A stretch of 64,000 nt of DNA, taken from the NCBI RefSeq assembly GCF_011386835.1, contig NC_088801.1:34720001-34784000 (forward strand), in the 5' to 3' direction. The translations under genes and the position numbers were made by a program. This document shows, one piece after another, positions 12,171 to 26,296 of this stretch. Each line of letters starts with the position of its first letter. Position 1 is the first letter of the stretch. The DNA comes from Chrysemys picta bellii. Taxonomy: Eukaryota. The notes below the pieces were generated by a model. The model saw nothing but the letters and a program-made list of their open reading frames with translations, ran no database searches and was not told the DNA's origin.

Positions 12171-15100
12171 TACATATGTTTACTTTTCATGTAAGTCCAT
12201 GATCATGCAGTTATAACATCAACATTACATTATATGATAAGATAATGCAATATAGTTCGTTTTCAGTGATTCTCCTCAGACATCTCTCTGGAAGTGGTAT
12301 CATTAAAAAAGAGTTTCAAGAGCTTAGAAAACCCACCTCGTGGGTAAGCTGTACCAGACTCACATGAACCCAGGAAGAGCTTAATTAAAATCTTTCTGAT
12401 GCTTAAAGATAAAATAGGCACAACAGTCCTTGCTCTTCTGGGTTCTTAAAAGAGTTCTTTTGAAGCTCCTCTCTCCTCTCTCCCTGTCATGCTGAAGCCT
12501 TGGATTACACATAAACACACACTCAATATCCCCACCAAAAAAAACTGTACAGAATAAGAGCCTGGCAATTACTGTGACGCGCTGGCTCCTTTGTTAGCCC
12601 CCATCTTTAGAGCAGTTAGCAGCACAATCTTTGATTTGGCCTTTATCACTGCCTAGTGGGTAAAGGACATTAAAATCTCAAATCTAAAGCACACAAGCCT
12701 AAAAGGACTTGTTCAGCATAGTGCAAATCTCTAGCACAGAGCTTTTCACAGCATTATCCAAAAAGTAGAAATTAGGAAAAGAATGAAAGCCTGTCTTACT
12801 ATGAAAAACAACCTACCATGCCAATATGGCTAAATAGAAAATAAAACTTCTTAGGTCAAATCCTGATCTATGTCAAGCAACTGTTGAGCATCCATAGTTG
12901 TCACTGTAGTTGTGGGTGCTCAATAGCTGCTAAGCACCACATGCAGATTGGTCCTCTTATTAATAACAATGTATTGACTATAGTTTGGCAGTGCCTCCAG
13001 ACATTGTATGTTAATTGATAACCTCAACCTTTACGCATTATGTGGGTGTAACAGAGAGTATTGAAATATATATCATACCTCAGAATATGCAGAAGTACAA
13101 AGGGGAGCATCCTACAGGGCTAGTCTCAAGACTTTTTTCTTTCTGTCTTAGGGTTTGGGTTTTTGTTTTGTTTTTTTAATGAAGCAGCTATGTATTTTGT
13201 ATTGTTGGCAAGGATTTCCAGACTTTATTCACATTCTGGGATTTCAATGGAGCATGTTGCCAGTGTACTGTAAATTGCGTTTTTATTTCTGTTAAGCAAT
13301 CCAGATGTCCATGCAAAAGGCAGCCCATCATCTTATTATCGTTGCTCACCCTTTTTAGTTCAAATACTATATACATATCATTACTAGTGAATACACAGGG
13401 TTTACCATAATTCTGCAGGCTACAGTAACTGCTGAAAATACTAGTGAATTCAAAGTCAGACATGCAGTGGATGGTCTTCCCTCAGCACCTTCCTTATCCT
13501 CACACCCCTACTTCACCATTCCTTTCTTTTGTTCACACGTTCACTGAAGATTTCAGTGCATTTTTTAAAATGCCTAACTGATTTTTCAAACTGGACCACA
13601 TATTTTGCACCTTCTAAATGGCAAACACACTTTTAGTTCAAAGATAAACACTATTTTTAAAATGCAACTTCTATTAATGGGTGGACTGTGCACAAAGGAA
13701 AAGCCTTAAAGATACAAGGCCTATTCTGCAGTCATTTACAAGGCTACAGCACTTTCAGACTTCAATAAGCAATGCAGTCCTGTGGTGGAGAAGGGAACGG
13801 AGTTAAGATTATTCTAGATGAATATTTAGGCCAAAAACTTCAAACTCAGGGGCCTAACAACTTGTCAAACTAAATCTATATTTCAGCATAAGATATTAGC
13901 TGCCCAATTTTAGGCATCCAACTATGAAAATTTTGGGATTAGTTTATATATGTGTCCATTGCTAAAAGCACTTGGAAAAATACATAATTAAAAACTACCT
14001 TACAGGGTAAAATTCATCCCTGGGCATGACCAACGTCCACTGGTCTTATGTACCACTTAAATTAAGGGCTTAAGTGAGAATTAATTGAAAAATAGGACCT
14101 TGTGGGTGTCCTCTGCAGAGGGCCAATTTTCACCCTTTCAGAGTAATGTAATGAGAAAGTTCTAAATGTTAATAGAATAAAACTAAAAATTAACCTAGCT
14201 ATAAAAAAAACCCCACAAATACCCAACTATTCCTTTCTGTGACATTAATTCATAAATCAACCAAATTTTGACTAAATAAATGGACTTTATACATAGGTTC
14301 TCCTGGACACCTGGAGGGAGCAAGTTCTTTCCTGATTCATAGCTCCCCCATGAAAATACTTTGCTATTGGACTTGGAGAGCTTAACTCAGGGACCTGAAG
14401 ACATGAGTGGTCCAGTAGATCATGACCACCACTGTGGGAATGGTACACAAAGGGAAAGCTGGTCTCTCAGATAGCTGGGTCTCAGTCTGATTAGGGCTTT
14501 GAAGATCATAACAGTCACCCCAACCTGAGAGGTAGAAAGTACAGAGCATATACCACTGATGCTATGGTGACATGTGCTAATTTGCCTGCCACAGTACCTG
14601 CAGTAGTGTCAATACATCACAGTGGTAAATTCAGTCTCCTTTTCTGTGGCTACTGCAGAAAATGCAAATCTTTTAGGCAACCTTAAAAAGCACAGTATCT
14701 TGATCCATTTAATTTGGAGACTACATTCTGGCCTAGCTAAAACACCTGGGTGTTCTGGAATGATAGCCCTAACTAAATTCATAACATTAGAGATTTTCCA
14801 CAATATTCCCTATACTTTCAATAGACATGTTGTGATGAATATGAAGGATTATAAATCACTGTTAACCACATTAAACATTTATAGAATTAGGCTAGTATAA
14901 AATAATCAATATTTTAAAAATAATGATCCTGTTATTCGAAAGTTCCAAAACAGAGGTTGTGTTGTGCTGATGTTTGAGGAGTCTAAACTATTTAGGCCTG
15001 GATTAAGTTAAATGCCATATCCTTCAGAATCACGAATCCTTTTGTTTTTATATAAAGGAATGCATTTAGTTTAAAAATGACCTATATGATTTTCGAGAAA

Positions 15101-16665
15101 CATTAGAAAATTAGTTATATTAGTGAAACTAATTAGAAATGGCAGATACAGTATTTGACTTTGGCAGATTTTGTAATCTTGCTCTTTCACTGCATGTTTA
15201 TGTGGAAGCGATTGGATTCCACACATGATTTCTTTCTCCACTTTGAAAGGTTATAGAGCCTTGGTATAATATTTTACTACTCTAATCTTATTGATACATT
15301 TCCTACCAAATCCTGCTCTGTGTCCTCGTTTGGAAATCTTTAGAAAAATTGTGACAGCTCAAAAATATTCAATCTTGCAGATCTTAGAATATATTTTTCA
15401 AAGGTCCATAGCCATCTCCACACCACAGAACCTCACATGATTTTTTTTTTCAGAAGATGCTTTAACACCAGCACAAGGATTTGATGTCTAGTTACTTCTT
15501 CACAGGCATGTCTCTTTAAAGGAGACTTTCCTCTCTATCATTAATGTGTAAGTCAGTCAGTCAGACCTTTTTAATAAGCAGTTGAAGAGCCACTGTCTTT
15601 AGCACATGAAACTAACAAAAGGCTCATTAGTCAAATGAGCAAAGAATAATTTGAATATCAATGTCTTATTTCAGAGGAAAACCTCCTCCAAGAGAATCTC
15701 AATGCAGTCATTTTTAGTGGGGTTTCTGTGTTCAAGTTTTAATACTCTAGACCCTATTTATGAAAAAATGATGTAGAAAGAAAGCTGTTAAAAGAAAATA
15801 TTCACCACAAGTCATCTTTAGTGATAGGCCTTTACTTTCAACAACAATTTAGATTGCAGAGAACCAGCCTTTTTGTTGTTGTTGAAAACTTGTCTAAACA
15901 AGTGTGCTGTGTCAATGATCTGTTGTGTTTCTTCAACAAGCAAGGTTAAGTGACCTCTGAGTAGCAAAAAACTGTATTTAACAAAAATAAACAAAGCTTG
16001 ATGCTATGCATCCCTCGGGTGAAGTCACAAGCATAGTGCAACATCTCTACCAGTGATATCTGTAAGCAATGGGATAGGAGTGGTGGAGGTTTTACACAAA
16101 GAACTGAGGGAACTAAAGCTTGTCTCTAAGGTAGACAAGAGCAAGTCTAGTGCCTAGTTCTTCACAAGAAAGAGAGAAAGGAGATCAGCCATGGAGTGAA
16201 GAAAAAGATGGTTTAGAATAGATTTTGTTTATATATTGAAAAGTTTCATATATTCATTTTTAAACAGCATACACACACTGGAGTGTCCTGCGAAGACTAT
16301 AGGAAATGAATATATAGAATGTTAACACACAATCAAATAATCTTGGTACCACACTATATACCACACAGATATACCACAGAAACAGGTGTTGAACTATTAT
16401 CTATTATTTTAAAATCCGATAATACAGCAATTGTAAAAGTGTAAAGGGGTCACCTATTTCCAGAGAGAAAAGGTCCTACTGGCCTATAGTTAACCTTTCT
16501 CAGTCGGCATAACATTCCGTATTGGGGAAAATCAAAGCTTCATGCTTCAGAGGATACCCATATTTAAAAGTCCTATAGAATGTAATCTATAGGGAGTTCT
16601 TTAGAAACGTAATAGGGTTTTCTGGAAATTAGTAGATCTCAAACCATAGCACTGCAAGTAGCTTC

Positions 16666-16735
16666 AGTGAAGTCAAAATGCAATAAATGGGCTTACAATG
16701 TTGTAAAGTTGGATGGTAATGATAATTAAAATGTA
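16666..16735 (+). repeat. 70-bp direct repeat, copy 1 (copy 2 at 19626-19696)
   Basis: The two copies differ by 5 substitutions and one 1-nt indel. Confidence 0.9.
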
Positions 16736-16899
16736 AGACACTGGGGAATGTAGTAATGTGTAATAAAGACATACCTAGCTGTGGTGTTAGGCACTAGAGC
16801 TAAAACAAAGTGCTTTCAACCGCTAATGTGTGCCTTTGAGACATATTAGCATTGGCTATAGAGTATAGAATTGATATTATAACATGGAACAACAAAGAT

Positions 16900-18070
16900 T
16901 AGTGGCAACTCTTAAAGAGCTGGGACCAAACTGGCTGATATGGTAAATAATTCTATGATATTTGTTGTCACACCAGACTACCAGGTTAGTACATAACAAC
17001 CAGATATAAAGAAAAAAGCAAAAGAAAATATATGCATTTCCAAACTGTTTCCAGAATGGAATAACAAGAAGAGGAAATTATAAAAACTCTCTCTTTTGTT
17101 AAAGTAACAAAAAGTTTTGATGAGAGAATCCTAGACAAAACTCATCTGGACTTTAGGAATGCTTTTGATACAGTGTTGCAGAAAAGTCTGCCCTATAAAG
17201 GTCAGCAAGTACTGCACTAAAAGTGGCTAGAGAACTGGCTTGGATATCTAAGACAAAGGCTACTTGTGGGAGTTGATAAGTGGAATGCTGCCATAAGCAT
17301 CAGAATTTAGACTGGTTTCCTTCTTTTATATGTCAATGATGGGCAGAAGAAATTGCAGAAAGGTGAGACATTTTCTGCTGATACAAAAATGAGGAGGGGA
17401 AAATAGTCAATAAAAAGGTGAAGAGAAATACATAATGGCTTAGGACTGAGTAGGAGTCTGAGAGAATCAAAACAGGCTTATAGACATCACTATAATGTAT
17501 AATAATTAGGTAAGAGATGACAAAATATCAAATCAAAATAAGTCTGCCTCAATACAGAATGCAGTAGAAAAAGGATCAAGAGGCAGCACTAGGTACTAGA
17601 TGTGTATACATTACAGTATTTAACATATTCCAGTGCTTCACAACAGTGAAAAAGCAAGTTAAATTCTGAGTCAGATAACCAGCACAAGACCAAGAAAGCC
17701 CTCCATAAGGAACAAGCAGTAAGGTCACATGTGGGATGATGTGAGCAACTGTGGTCACCTGATTAGAAAAAGAATAGCTTAAAGTTGCCAAGAGTGGAAC
17801 AAAAGGGAGCAATTTTCCAGAGTGAGATTGGGGTTTGGAAATCTTAGTTATTTAGAAAGGTAAGGGAAATTCTGTGGCTGATGGAAAGAGAAGGAGTTTA
17901 AGAGGGATCTCGATTAAGGTATACGCAATCCTGAAGGGAACAGAGAAGAGAGTTGCTGCAGGCTATCTGAGCTAGTGTTAAATAGAAGAATAAGGGGGCA
18001 TGAACTTAAACTGAGGGAGAATTGGAGACTAAAAGAATTTAGGTAGAAATTTCTTGCAGTTTCCCTTAGT
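16900..18070 (+). mobile_element. Highly decayed CR1 LINE, 3' portion (RT remnant)
   Basis: 17146-17175 translates LDFRNAFDTV, matching the CR1-type RT motif LDFSKAFD. A CR1-like 3' end lies at about 17910-18060. Boundaries approximate. Confidence 0.7.
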
Positions 18071-19037
18071 GAAAAAAACTAGTAAGGGAGACATAGTAAT
18101 AAGCAGCATTCAAAAAGAAATGTTGAACAAATAGGAAAAAAAAAAAACATTGTGGGGTATAACTGCCCAGTTGGAGAACTGCAGTAGACGGGGCTTTTGG
18201 CCTCATTCTGTCCAAAATCTGCTAACTTTCTAAAAGTTAAGAAGAATTTATTTCCTTTCAATAATATGTTTTCAAATCTACCCATCCTCTTGTGTTCCCA
18301 GCACACAGCTCATGAGTACAGTACTGCAAAAAAATCATGTTATAGCAAAAATAATGTTCCATGTGAATTCTGATGATGATGAGAGGTGTCAGGTTGACAA
18401 TCGTGGAGATTGGCGCTCTCTATTTATTGACAGAACATGTACAGCTCAGTGAGTGGCAGTGCTAGCTCCCTTTAGACTCTATTAATATGCCTCCACCTTG
18501 GAGGTGGCTCTTTCTAAGGCTGAGAGCATAGTCCAGGCCTCCCAAGGCCTCCTTGCTGAGATTGCCAAGGTAGTGCCACCACAACTCTGTTTCTCATGAC
18601 ACCTGTTTGAGGCTGCAAGCAACACTTGTGATTTCTAGGAATTTATCTATTATAAGAATTTATGCAGTGGCCATATAAGTTCTAGACACACTTTGCATTA
18701 CAAGCAACTACATTTTGCAAGTATAAGCAGCAAAAATCTCCCATGATGCTATGTAACATCACACCTTTACAGGACATAGACTAGGAAATTTCTTCAATGG
18801 TTTGAATGCTTAGTGTAATGGAGCCAGCAATTAGGAAGAGGCATAGCCATAAAAATGTGTCTTAGAGCGTTACCTGAATGCGAGCAGACTGTGTCTTATG
18901 TCACTATCCAGAGCAGAGCACAGGGCCCACTATCAAGAAAGCGCCCGCTCTGGCTGCACTTTAATATTGTTCAATTCTCTCCCAGGTAGACCACTGGTTA
19001 AGGGACACCTACAAGACATCTACTAAGACATCAGGGG

Positions 19038-19201
19038 CATGGCCGCCCAGAGGATTCAGGGGGCCTGGGGCAAAGCAATTTCGGAGGCCCCTTCCATAAG
19101 AAAAAGTTGCAATACTATAGAATACTATATTCTCGGGGGGGGGGGGGCCCTGCAGAGCCTGGGGCAAATTGCCCCATTTGCCCCCCCTCTGGGCGGCCCT
19201 G
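19038..19201. mobile_element. Short GC-rich hAT-like MITE
   Basis: Termini CATGGCCGCCCAGAG / CTCTGGGCGGCCCTG are inverted repeats with 1 mismatch. Flanks ATCAGGGG / GTCAGGAG match 6 of 8. Confidence 0.7.
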
Positions 19202-19459
19202 GTCAGGAGTCTATAAAATAGGCAACATACTGAAGGACTCTGAGGATGTAGGAAGTTTGCTACATTTTGAGAAAATCTGGACTTTAGCCACAAACAAGTT
19301 ATGAAATGAAAATTCAGAAGATCACACAGGTGGTGTGCTTATTATTCTGAGGGGCTTTTGGAAATTGTACCCAAGTGATTTAGCAGCTTTAGTCCCATTT
19401 TCAAAAGTGAAATAGGGAACATGGAGTCCATGATTAAGTTTCAATGAAATCACCACCTA

Positions 19460-19596
19460 AGCTTCAGAGCCCGAGCTCCAGCCAGAACCACAATGTCTAC
19501 ACAACTATTTTTAGCACGCTAGCACAAGCTCCACTGCCATAAATCTGTGGACGGGGGATGGGAGGCTCATTCCCAGAGGCAGTGTGGACACATACC
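19460..19596. mobile_element. Partial Harbinger-like MITE (same TIR type as 27040-27332)
   Basis: Ends CAGTGTGGACACATACC with an internal ATGTCTACAC; the left end is not identifiable. Confidence 0.45.
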
Positions 19597-19625
19597 AAGT
19601 GCCTACATCTCTTTTGAATATTGCA

Positions 19626-19696
19626 AGTGAAGTCAAAATGATACAAATGGGCTTACAATGTTGTAAAAGTTGGGTGGTAATGATAATTAACATGTA
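19626..19696 (+). repeat. 70-bp direct repeat, copy 2
   Basis: See 16666-16735. Confidence 0.9.
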
Positions 19697-19739
19697 TTAC
19701 TTTTTAAAAAAAAATTACCGATTAATATTATTTGACATT

Positions 19740-19850
19740 TATATAGTGATAGCATCTAGAGGCCTCAACTAGGTTGGGGCCCCACTGTGGTAGGCAGTAT
19801 ACAAACACAGTAAATGATCATCCCTGCCCCAAAGAATTTACAATCTAAGA
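19740..19850 (-). mobile_element. L2-tail SINE fragment
   Basis: Reverse complement of the tail seen at 34440-34560 (CCCTGCCCCAAAGAATTTACAATCTAA). Similar fragments near 59480-59560 and 63770-63860. Confidence 0.55.
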
Positions 19851-21112
19851 AATCTTTTTTTTTTTCCAAAAGAAAATCTAAGATTTGGGTAACATTTGCT
19901 CAGAATACAAGGAATTTCTTTTATTGCTAAAACATTCGATATATCCAAAGCAATATTTTCTCTCCAATGGCCAAAGTTTAAATTTTGCCTTCTACTCTTT
20001 GAAATAGTGACTTTTCTGATCTGATCGGTAATCTTCTTTTCTGTTCAAACTCTGGTATTTCAGATTGCAGAAACATTTCTGAGCTCAGTACTGTTTGCCA
20101 TTAAGCAAACTCTGCACTAACAGAAAAATCTGCCCCATCTCCCTGAGTTGCAGAGGTCCTCCAGGTAGCGGAACCAGGGTGATTTTATGCACAGAAAGGA
20201 CAGATCTGAATTCAAGAGGAATGCTCATGTTCTATGCACTGCTGAACCCTTCTTTGTGAAGGTACAACATTGCAGGAAGTAGGAAAGAAGCAGAAGATCT
20301 GTTTTACGGAAATCATGCTATCTTCCCTCTCTTGTTGGTAGGCTTGCACATAAAGGCCAGTGTAGACTCCCCCAGTGGGGTAAAGGGAAGATTCCTCCTT
20401 CTTAGCATTTGCACAGCATTTGCACAGCATGTGGGCTAGGCAGTGGGCTTTGGGTTTGGCTCTAGTGTCAGCTCTGAGTCAAAAATATATGCAAGTATTT
20501 TAACTACACATCAGAGCATTATTCCTAAGTGTATTAAAGAACTTCTTACTAATATAGGGTGAAAATTGCTGTGTGTAGAGGCCCTGCAAAAAGTCCCCTG
20601 CCAAACAACAGTCCTTAACATGGAGATTAAATGGGGCTTTTAAGGTGCATAGGGCTTGTTCAAGGTTGAATGAATTTCACTACTATTGCAGAAAGTCATT
20701 CAACATTTGCTCAAAGTAAATGATCAGCTTCTAAGTTTAAGACAGACAATATGTTAAAGTACCCACGAAGTGTTAGTATTTCTTTTCCTTGGCTATGAAA
20801 ACTGTTTTTTCAGTGTAAAGAGGGAAACACACTCTATAAAAATTCCAAATCACAGAAACTTGTCTTTATCTATTATCCCATTGATTTCTTGAGCCAGAAA
20901 AGTTGACATAAGGGTACTGAAGGGGGATTTTTCAATCTTCTACCAGTTTGCTTACATGATTACAAAATATTTCCAATTCCTATGTCAATTTGATTAAAAA
21001 CTTAGTTTGCTGTTCAAGTCATTTTAACAGAAACATCTGTTTTTATTTATTTTTTTAAAAACCTACTATCCAGATGCCATAACAATCTTACTATCAAGAC
21101 TGCCCCAGAACA

Positions 21113-21230
21113 TTAGAGAAGATGGGTGAGGTAGAAGTTTTCTGAAGAAGAGCTCTGTGTAAGCCCTGAAGCTTGTTTCTCTCACCAACTGAATTTGGTC
21201 CAATAAAAGATATTACCTCACCTGCCTTGT
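21113..21230 (+). mobile_element. Penelope-like terminal-repeat fragment with degenerate hammerhead core and a short inverted 5' piece
   Basis: CTGAAGA (21142-21148)-A-GAGCT-ctgtgta-AGCCC-tGAA-GCTT, so the GAAA is damaged. Upstream GATGGGTGAGGTA is an inverted copy of the downstream TACCTCACC end. Confidence 0.75.
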
Positions 21231-24200
21231 ATTATTAAGTTGTATATTCATATTGTTGATAATTAATAAATCTATATTCTGGAGAGCCCAACTCCAAAGG
21301 ACTCTCCACAGTGATGGCCAATTTAAAATGTGATTAGCAAAGAGGATTAGTCCTTCCACTTGGCTAGAGCTCCCATCACCCTACTCCTGAGAAAGCATTT
21401 CAGCCATCATACCTACTCAATCCTATTTGATATTGCCAACAAGTTTTCTTCTGACTGGGAAGGTCTCTTTTTAAGTAGACATGTTCACTAGATACTGGAC
21501 TAAGACCACCAACACATTTTGCATAAACCACTGAATAGCATCACATAAAGTGACTTCAATTCACCATTTACTATCAATGGATTCAAAACCTAATCTAAAG
21601 GTTCCATATCTCATTATGATTCTTCTGAGTCATCCATTACACTGAAGTTTACCCTTCACAATACCAAGTAAAACTCTGTAATTAAGAAGGTTTAGCTTCA
21701 GTAGCACTAGTGAGTAAGATTGTGATGTGCTTCACACATAATTATGTGATTTTAGTATTTGGAAGCTGAGTAAGCAATGGTCTTTGGGAGTTTGCTGAAA
21801 GTAAAAGATTCCATGAAGAAATATGCTGTCTGAAATCACACTTAAAAGGCAGTTTTTATTTGTAATTTAATAAAACTCCGCAGTATTCCCAAAATGTGTG
21901 ATATAGACAAAAGGCCCAAGCTTTATACAGTAGGCACCATTAAATCAGTATTTAGCAAGTCACCACACAATGTTAACTGAGAGATTACAGTGTTTTCCTG
22001 AAATTTTAAATGAAAATAATTGTGGTAACTTTTGACAAATGTTGACTTTTTAATAGTGACTGATGAATGTGTACACTTAAAGAAAAATAATGTTAATTCA
22101 TAGATGGGATTCATACCCCCTTATCAGGCATTCTACCTTAAAGATATATAGCAGTGGGTGTGGGTTAGGCTGGTCTCTCTTGGACCTACATACACCCACT
22201 TGCCAACATGTAAAGTGGCATAAAGGAGTTTAAGTCACTACAACGTATATGATAAGGAGCCAGAAGATAGTGCAAGTTAAAAAAGGAATAACCTACTTTA
22301 ACTTACATATTTGTACTGTCTCAGCCTGGTTGGTACCCTCCTCTTAATGTTCACTTCAAATTTGAATTATAACATCTTAGACTCTTTAATTCAGGCAGAC
22401 GCAATGGGCCATGTGCAGAGGCTGTGTAACTTCTCCTCCATACACATTGACAAATGGCTGAGAGTTTTATAAATCTAAGAGAGTCTAAGTTGTGTAATGT
22501 ACGAATTGTGGGGACTGGAAGAAGCTCATCTTAGGTGTTGTCATGAGTCTACAGACATCTGAATGAGCGGCCACAGTGGTCACCCTTACAAAGTCAATAG
22601 TTACCCAGAGTAACCATAAGTGGTGTCTGATATACTGCATTTGTTGACTGGAATGCTGACTAGCTACTGTTTATTTTTTTATTGGCAATCATAGAGATAT
22701 CTGTTATTACCTAATAATAAACTTGCACTATAATCCCCATAAGTCTATGTGACAGCTACAGTCTATTGATCAGTGAGAGGATTTTTTTGTATTCACTGGT
22801 CTAGAGATTACACACAAATTAGATTTCTCAGAAGTTTGTGTGTCTTTTAGAGTTAGGTTTCATTACCCACTCAGGTCCCATTTTATAGCACTACTGGTAT
22901 CTCTTACCGAGGTGATTTACTGTGGACAGATTTAATGTTAGATTTTAAATAATAAATACCTTCTAATTGTTAAACCCAGAATTAAAGCAGGAAGGAAACT
23001 GGTTTGCAGCCTCTTACAATGGGTTTCCATACAGCCAGTGCCACTAATTATGACAATTTACAAACGGTGGCCACTGCTAACAGTAATCTCAGAAGGCAAG
23101 ACAGTATTTAAAAAACTCTCTTTCCGAATGTATTTCACATTTTGTATTTAGCAAGATGCTCTTCTCACCATGTGAACTTTCCAATGGCTATGCTGAGCAA
23201 ACTAGGTGCTGCTTTCTTTTAAATTAAATCTTAAGATTACTTTGTGGTTTAATTTATCATATGTTCTGGCACCATTTATCACTAAATACAGAATGATGAA
23301 GAAATGGCTCTACTAAAACGAAATAACTACTGAATTAAAAAGCTGTTAAATGAGTTGGAGTGCAGACTACTATTAACAATATGTTGGAAGGGTGTTTGGC
23401 TGGAATAAATTACTTTCACAGTAATAATTTGAAGAGTGCACCTTTGGAGAAACATGTTCAAAAATTCACATCTTGATTTTCCGACTAAATTCATATTTGC
23501 CACTAATAATATTTTTAAATTAGCTACACAGTGAAGGTGAGAAAATGCTTGGACTCAAATAGTGAGGTTTAAAAACAAAATTTTCTCTATTTAATAACTG
23601 AGAAATGGCAGGTTTAAAAATATACATGCAAAGCACAATAACAGATTCCAATTAAGATATATTTTACTTGCTCACCCTTAATCTTTTTGTAAATGCTTCT
23701 ACAATATTTCAATGTACTCTGCCATACCAACATGTAAATAATAAATAGCTTTCCCTATATTTCATTCTAGTCTGCACATAACCTCCTTGCAAATAACAAA
23801 TGGCCAGCCATCTAACGAGTTAAGATTCATTTTCATTTTATTGATTGCAATAGGCTATGTAGTTAATAGAAAGGATCTAATATATAGTTGATATGTCTAG
23901 ATCTACTGACATAGCATAACAATTTCAGACTTGAAAGCACGATTTTTTTTATTTAAAAAATCGTATTGAAATTTGACAACCCACAGGGCATGCACTCACA
24001 GCTTATATATTTATAACATTTCCAAAGTAGTATGTAACCTGGTGGTGTTCTGTAAGGCAGTGAGGATGTTTTAACCCTTAAGAACAGGGGGCAAATTCTA
24101 ATGTTTTTACTTATCTTTTGACAGAGTGGTTAGAAATTAAGACTGTTTAATAACATTCACTTATTGCACATTTGGAAATCATTCAGTTCAATAACAGGAA

Positions 24201-26059
24201 ATATTTATTTACTCAGGGTTCATACATGTTCCCACTGACCTCACTGGAAGCAGGATCAAGCCCTCAGCTTTCATGTACGTCATTGGCCTCCACAGAAATT
24301 GCATATTGACAGTATTATGGGCAGATTTTTATGTCTGATATAGTGGAGATGAAAAGGACAAGTCATTGCAGTCTTGGTTTGTTTTCAGAATGCTAAGTGG
24401 CACAAAGCACAGAAATAACCAGGTCATATGTATCCCTCTGTCCAAATAATGCATTGTTAGTGGATTGGTGGATACTTCCAGATGGTTAAAAAGGAGTTGA
24501 CAATTTCTCTACTGCAAATCATCATAGAAGAGATCAGGGAAGGAGATCACCAAATGGTTGTGTTACTTCGTGGCATAATATCTTAAATAAAAATGTCCAA
24601 TTAGGATATTTAATTAGGCAACAGCTGCCTATGGATTTAATATACTAGTGCTTGTCAGGATTAGCAAAATACTTGTAAACAAAGGTTCTAGTAGAGATCT
24701 CTCTCTTTTTTAATGAACAAAGAATGACATAAAAAAGAAAATCATTTTTTTAGTTGTGTACATCACTGCAGCACTTTGGATAAATGTGATTTAAATCAAC
24801 TATTATGTGCTTCATGTATCACTATAGATATTTAGAAGGGCTGAGTGATAGAAAGGACAAGTGGTGATAAGAAGATCAAAGATTCTTTCTCGTAGGCCCT
24901 GATCCAAAGCCCTTTGAAGTCAGTGGAAAATGAGGATTTGCGAGTACCAGGCTTTTAGTGACATTAAGCAGGAGAACCATATACATTAACCAGGAACTTC
25001 CCTCTTTCTGGCCTCTAATACTTACCCATTGTCTGCACTGTGATTGTCGGTAGTTACATTTTTATTTATTTTTACAAGTAAAAGAACAGAAATTGCAGGA
25101 TCAATGGCATGAAGGTCCACTTTCCTCCTCGCTCCATTGGCCTGACAAAACCATGCACTGTGTTATTGGTATTCTTTCTTATTATTTGTGTCACAGTATC
25201 AACTAGCGGCCTCATCTTGCTTATATGTAAAAAAATCTCCCTCTTCCTACTGCAGCCTCCGTGCTTCCATGCACTGTGGTCACTTGGTTAAGCACGTGAA
25301 CAAGGTCTGTCTACAACAATTCTTTTACCCACCAAATTGGTTTCTACATTCAAGGAACTCCAGTTAGGTTGGAATTATGACCTGCCAAAACCGAAATATT
25401 AATTACAACAGTTCAGAATGCTTTCAATATTATTTAAAATGAACTATGCAAATTAGCAGTCTTCAGAAAATGTCTGAAATAGTTCGATCTTCACTCAAAA
25501 TATGCAGTGAAGAAGAGTTTTTTAAACAGTGTTTTGCTTTGCAAATCATTTTTAAGAATGCAAGATACATGCCATTTAGAGATATTTACTTTTAAACATG
25601 TTTCTGTAGATGAGCAGGAGGGCTGATTAAACCTTAGGTTGTTTTTTCAGTCAATCCTATATGTTTAAGTAGCTTAATTTGCATTATTTAGCATCTGGTT
25701 CATGAGACTTTGAATATTAAAGATATAGTTGTCCAATATTTCAAAGATACTTACAATAAATATTATTTCTGTCTGACTTTCCAAATGTTTTACTATATTT
25801 AAATCAGTGAATGAATGTAATTTTGAATTTCCTAGGCTATTGATTATATATGACACATCATCATGAGAATACACATACGCTGTGCTTTTTCTCCTGTACA
25901 TCTAATATCCATCAGAGACTACACTTGGACCACAGCTCAAAGCACTTTCCAGTCAATCATTTATTCTGCTCAAAACCCCCACCCAAGTACGTCATCTTTG
26001 TTGCTAGTCATGGTGCAGTGCATAGAATCTGAAGATACACTAAAAAGACCTTTATTTTT

Positions 26060-26296
26060 GGAAGTGAAAGTTACTTGTTCACTGCAGAGATTTTAACTGC
26101 CCACTTAATCTTGAATGGTCTCTTAAACATGTTAACTCCTTATGCTAAACAATCAGTTCCACCTTGTACTTAGCTCTGACATTCTGAATACTTTCCCCAC
26201 AGACCTGAAGCAGAGCTCTATGGAGCTTGAAAGCTTGTCTCTTCTACCATCAGAAGTTGGTACAATAAAAAGATATTACCTCACCCACCTGGTCTC
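26060..26296 (+). mobile_element. Penelope-like terminal-repeat fragment with mutated hammerhead core
   Basis: AGAC-CTGAAGC-A-GAGCT-ctatgg-AGCTT-GAAA-GCTT-GTCT (26201-26240), with the core A9 position changed to C. Downstream sequence matches the other copies. Left boundary approximate. Confidence 0.75.
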
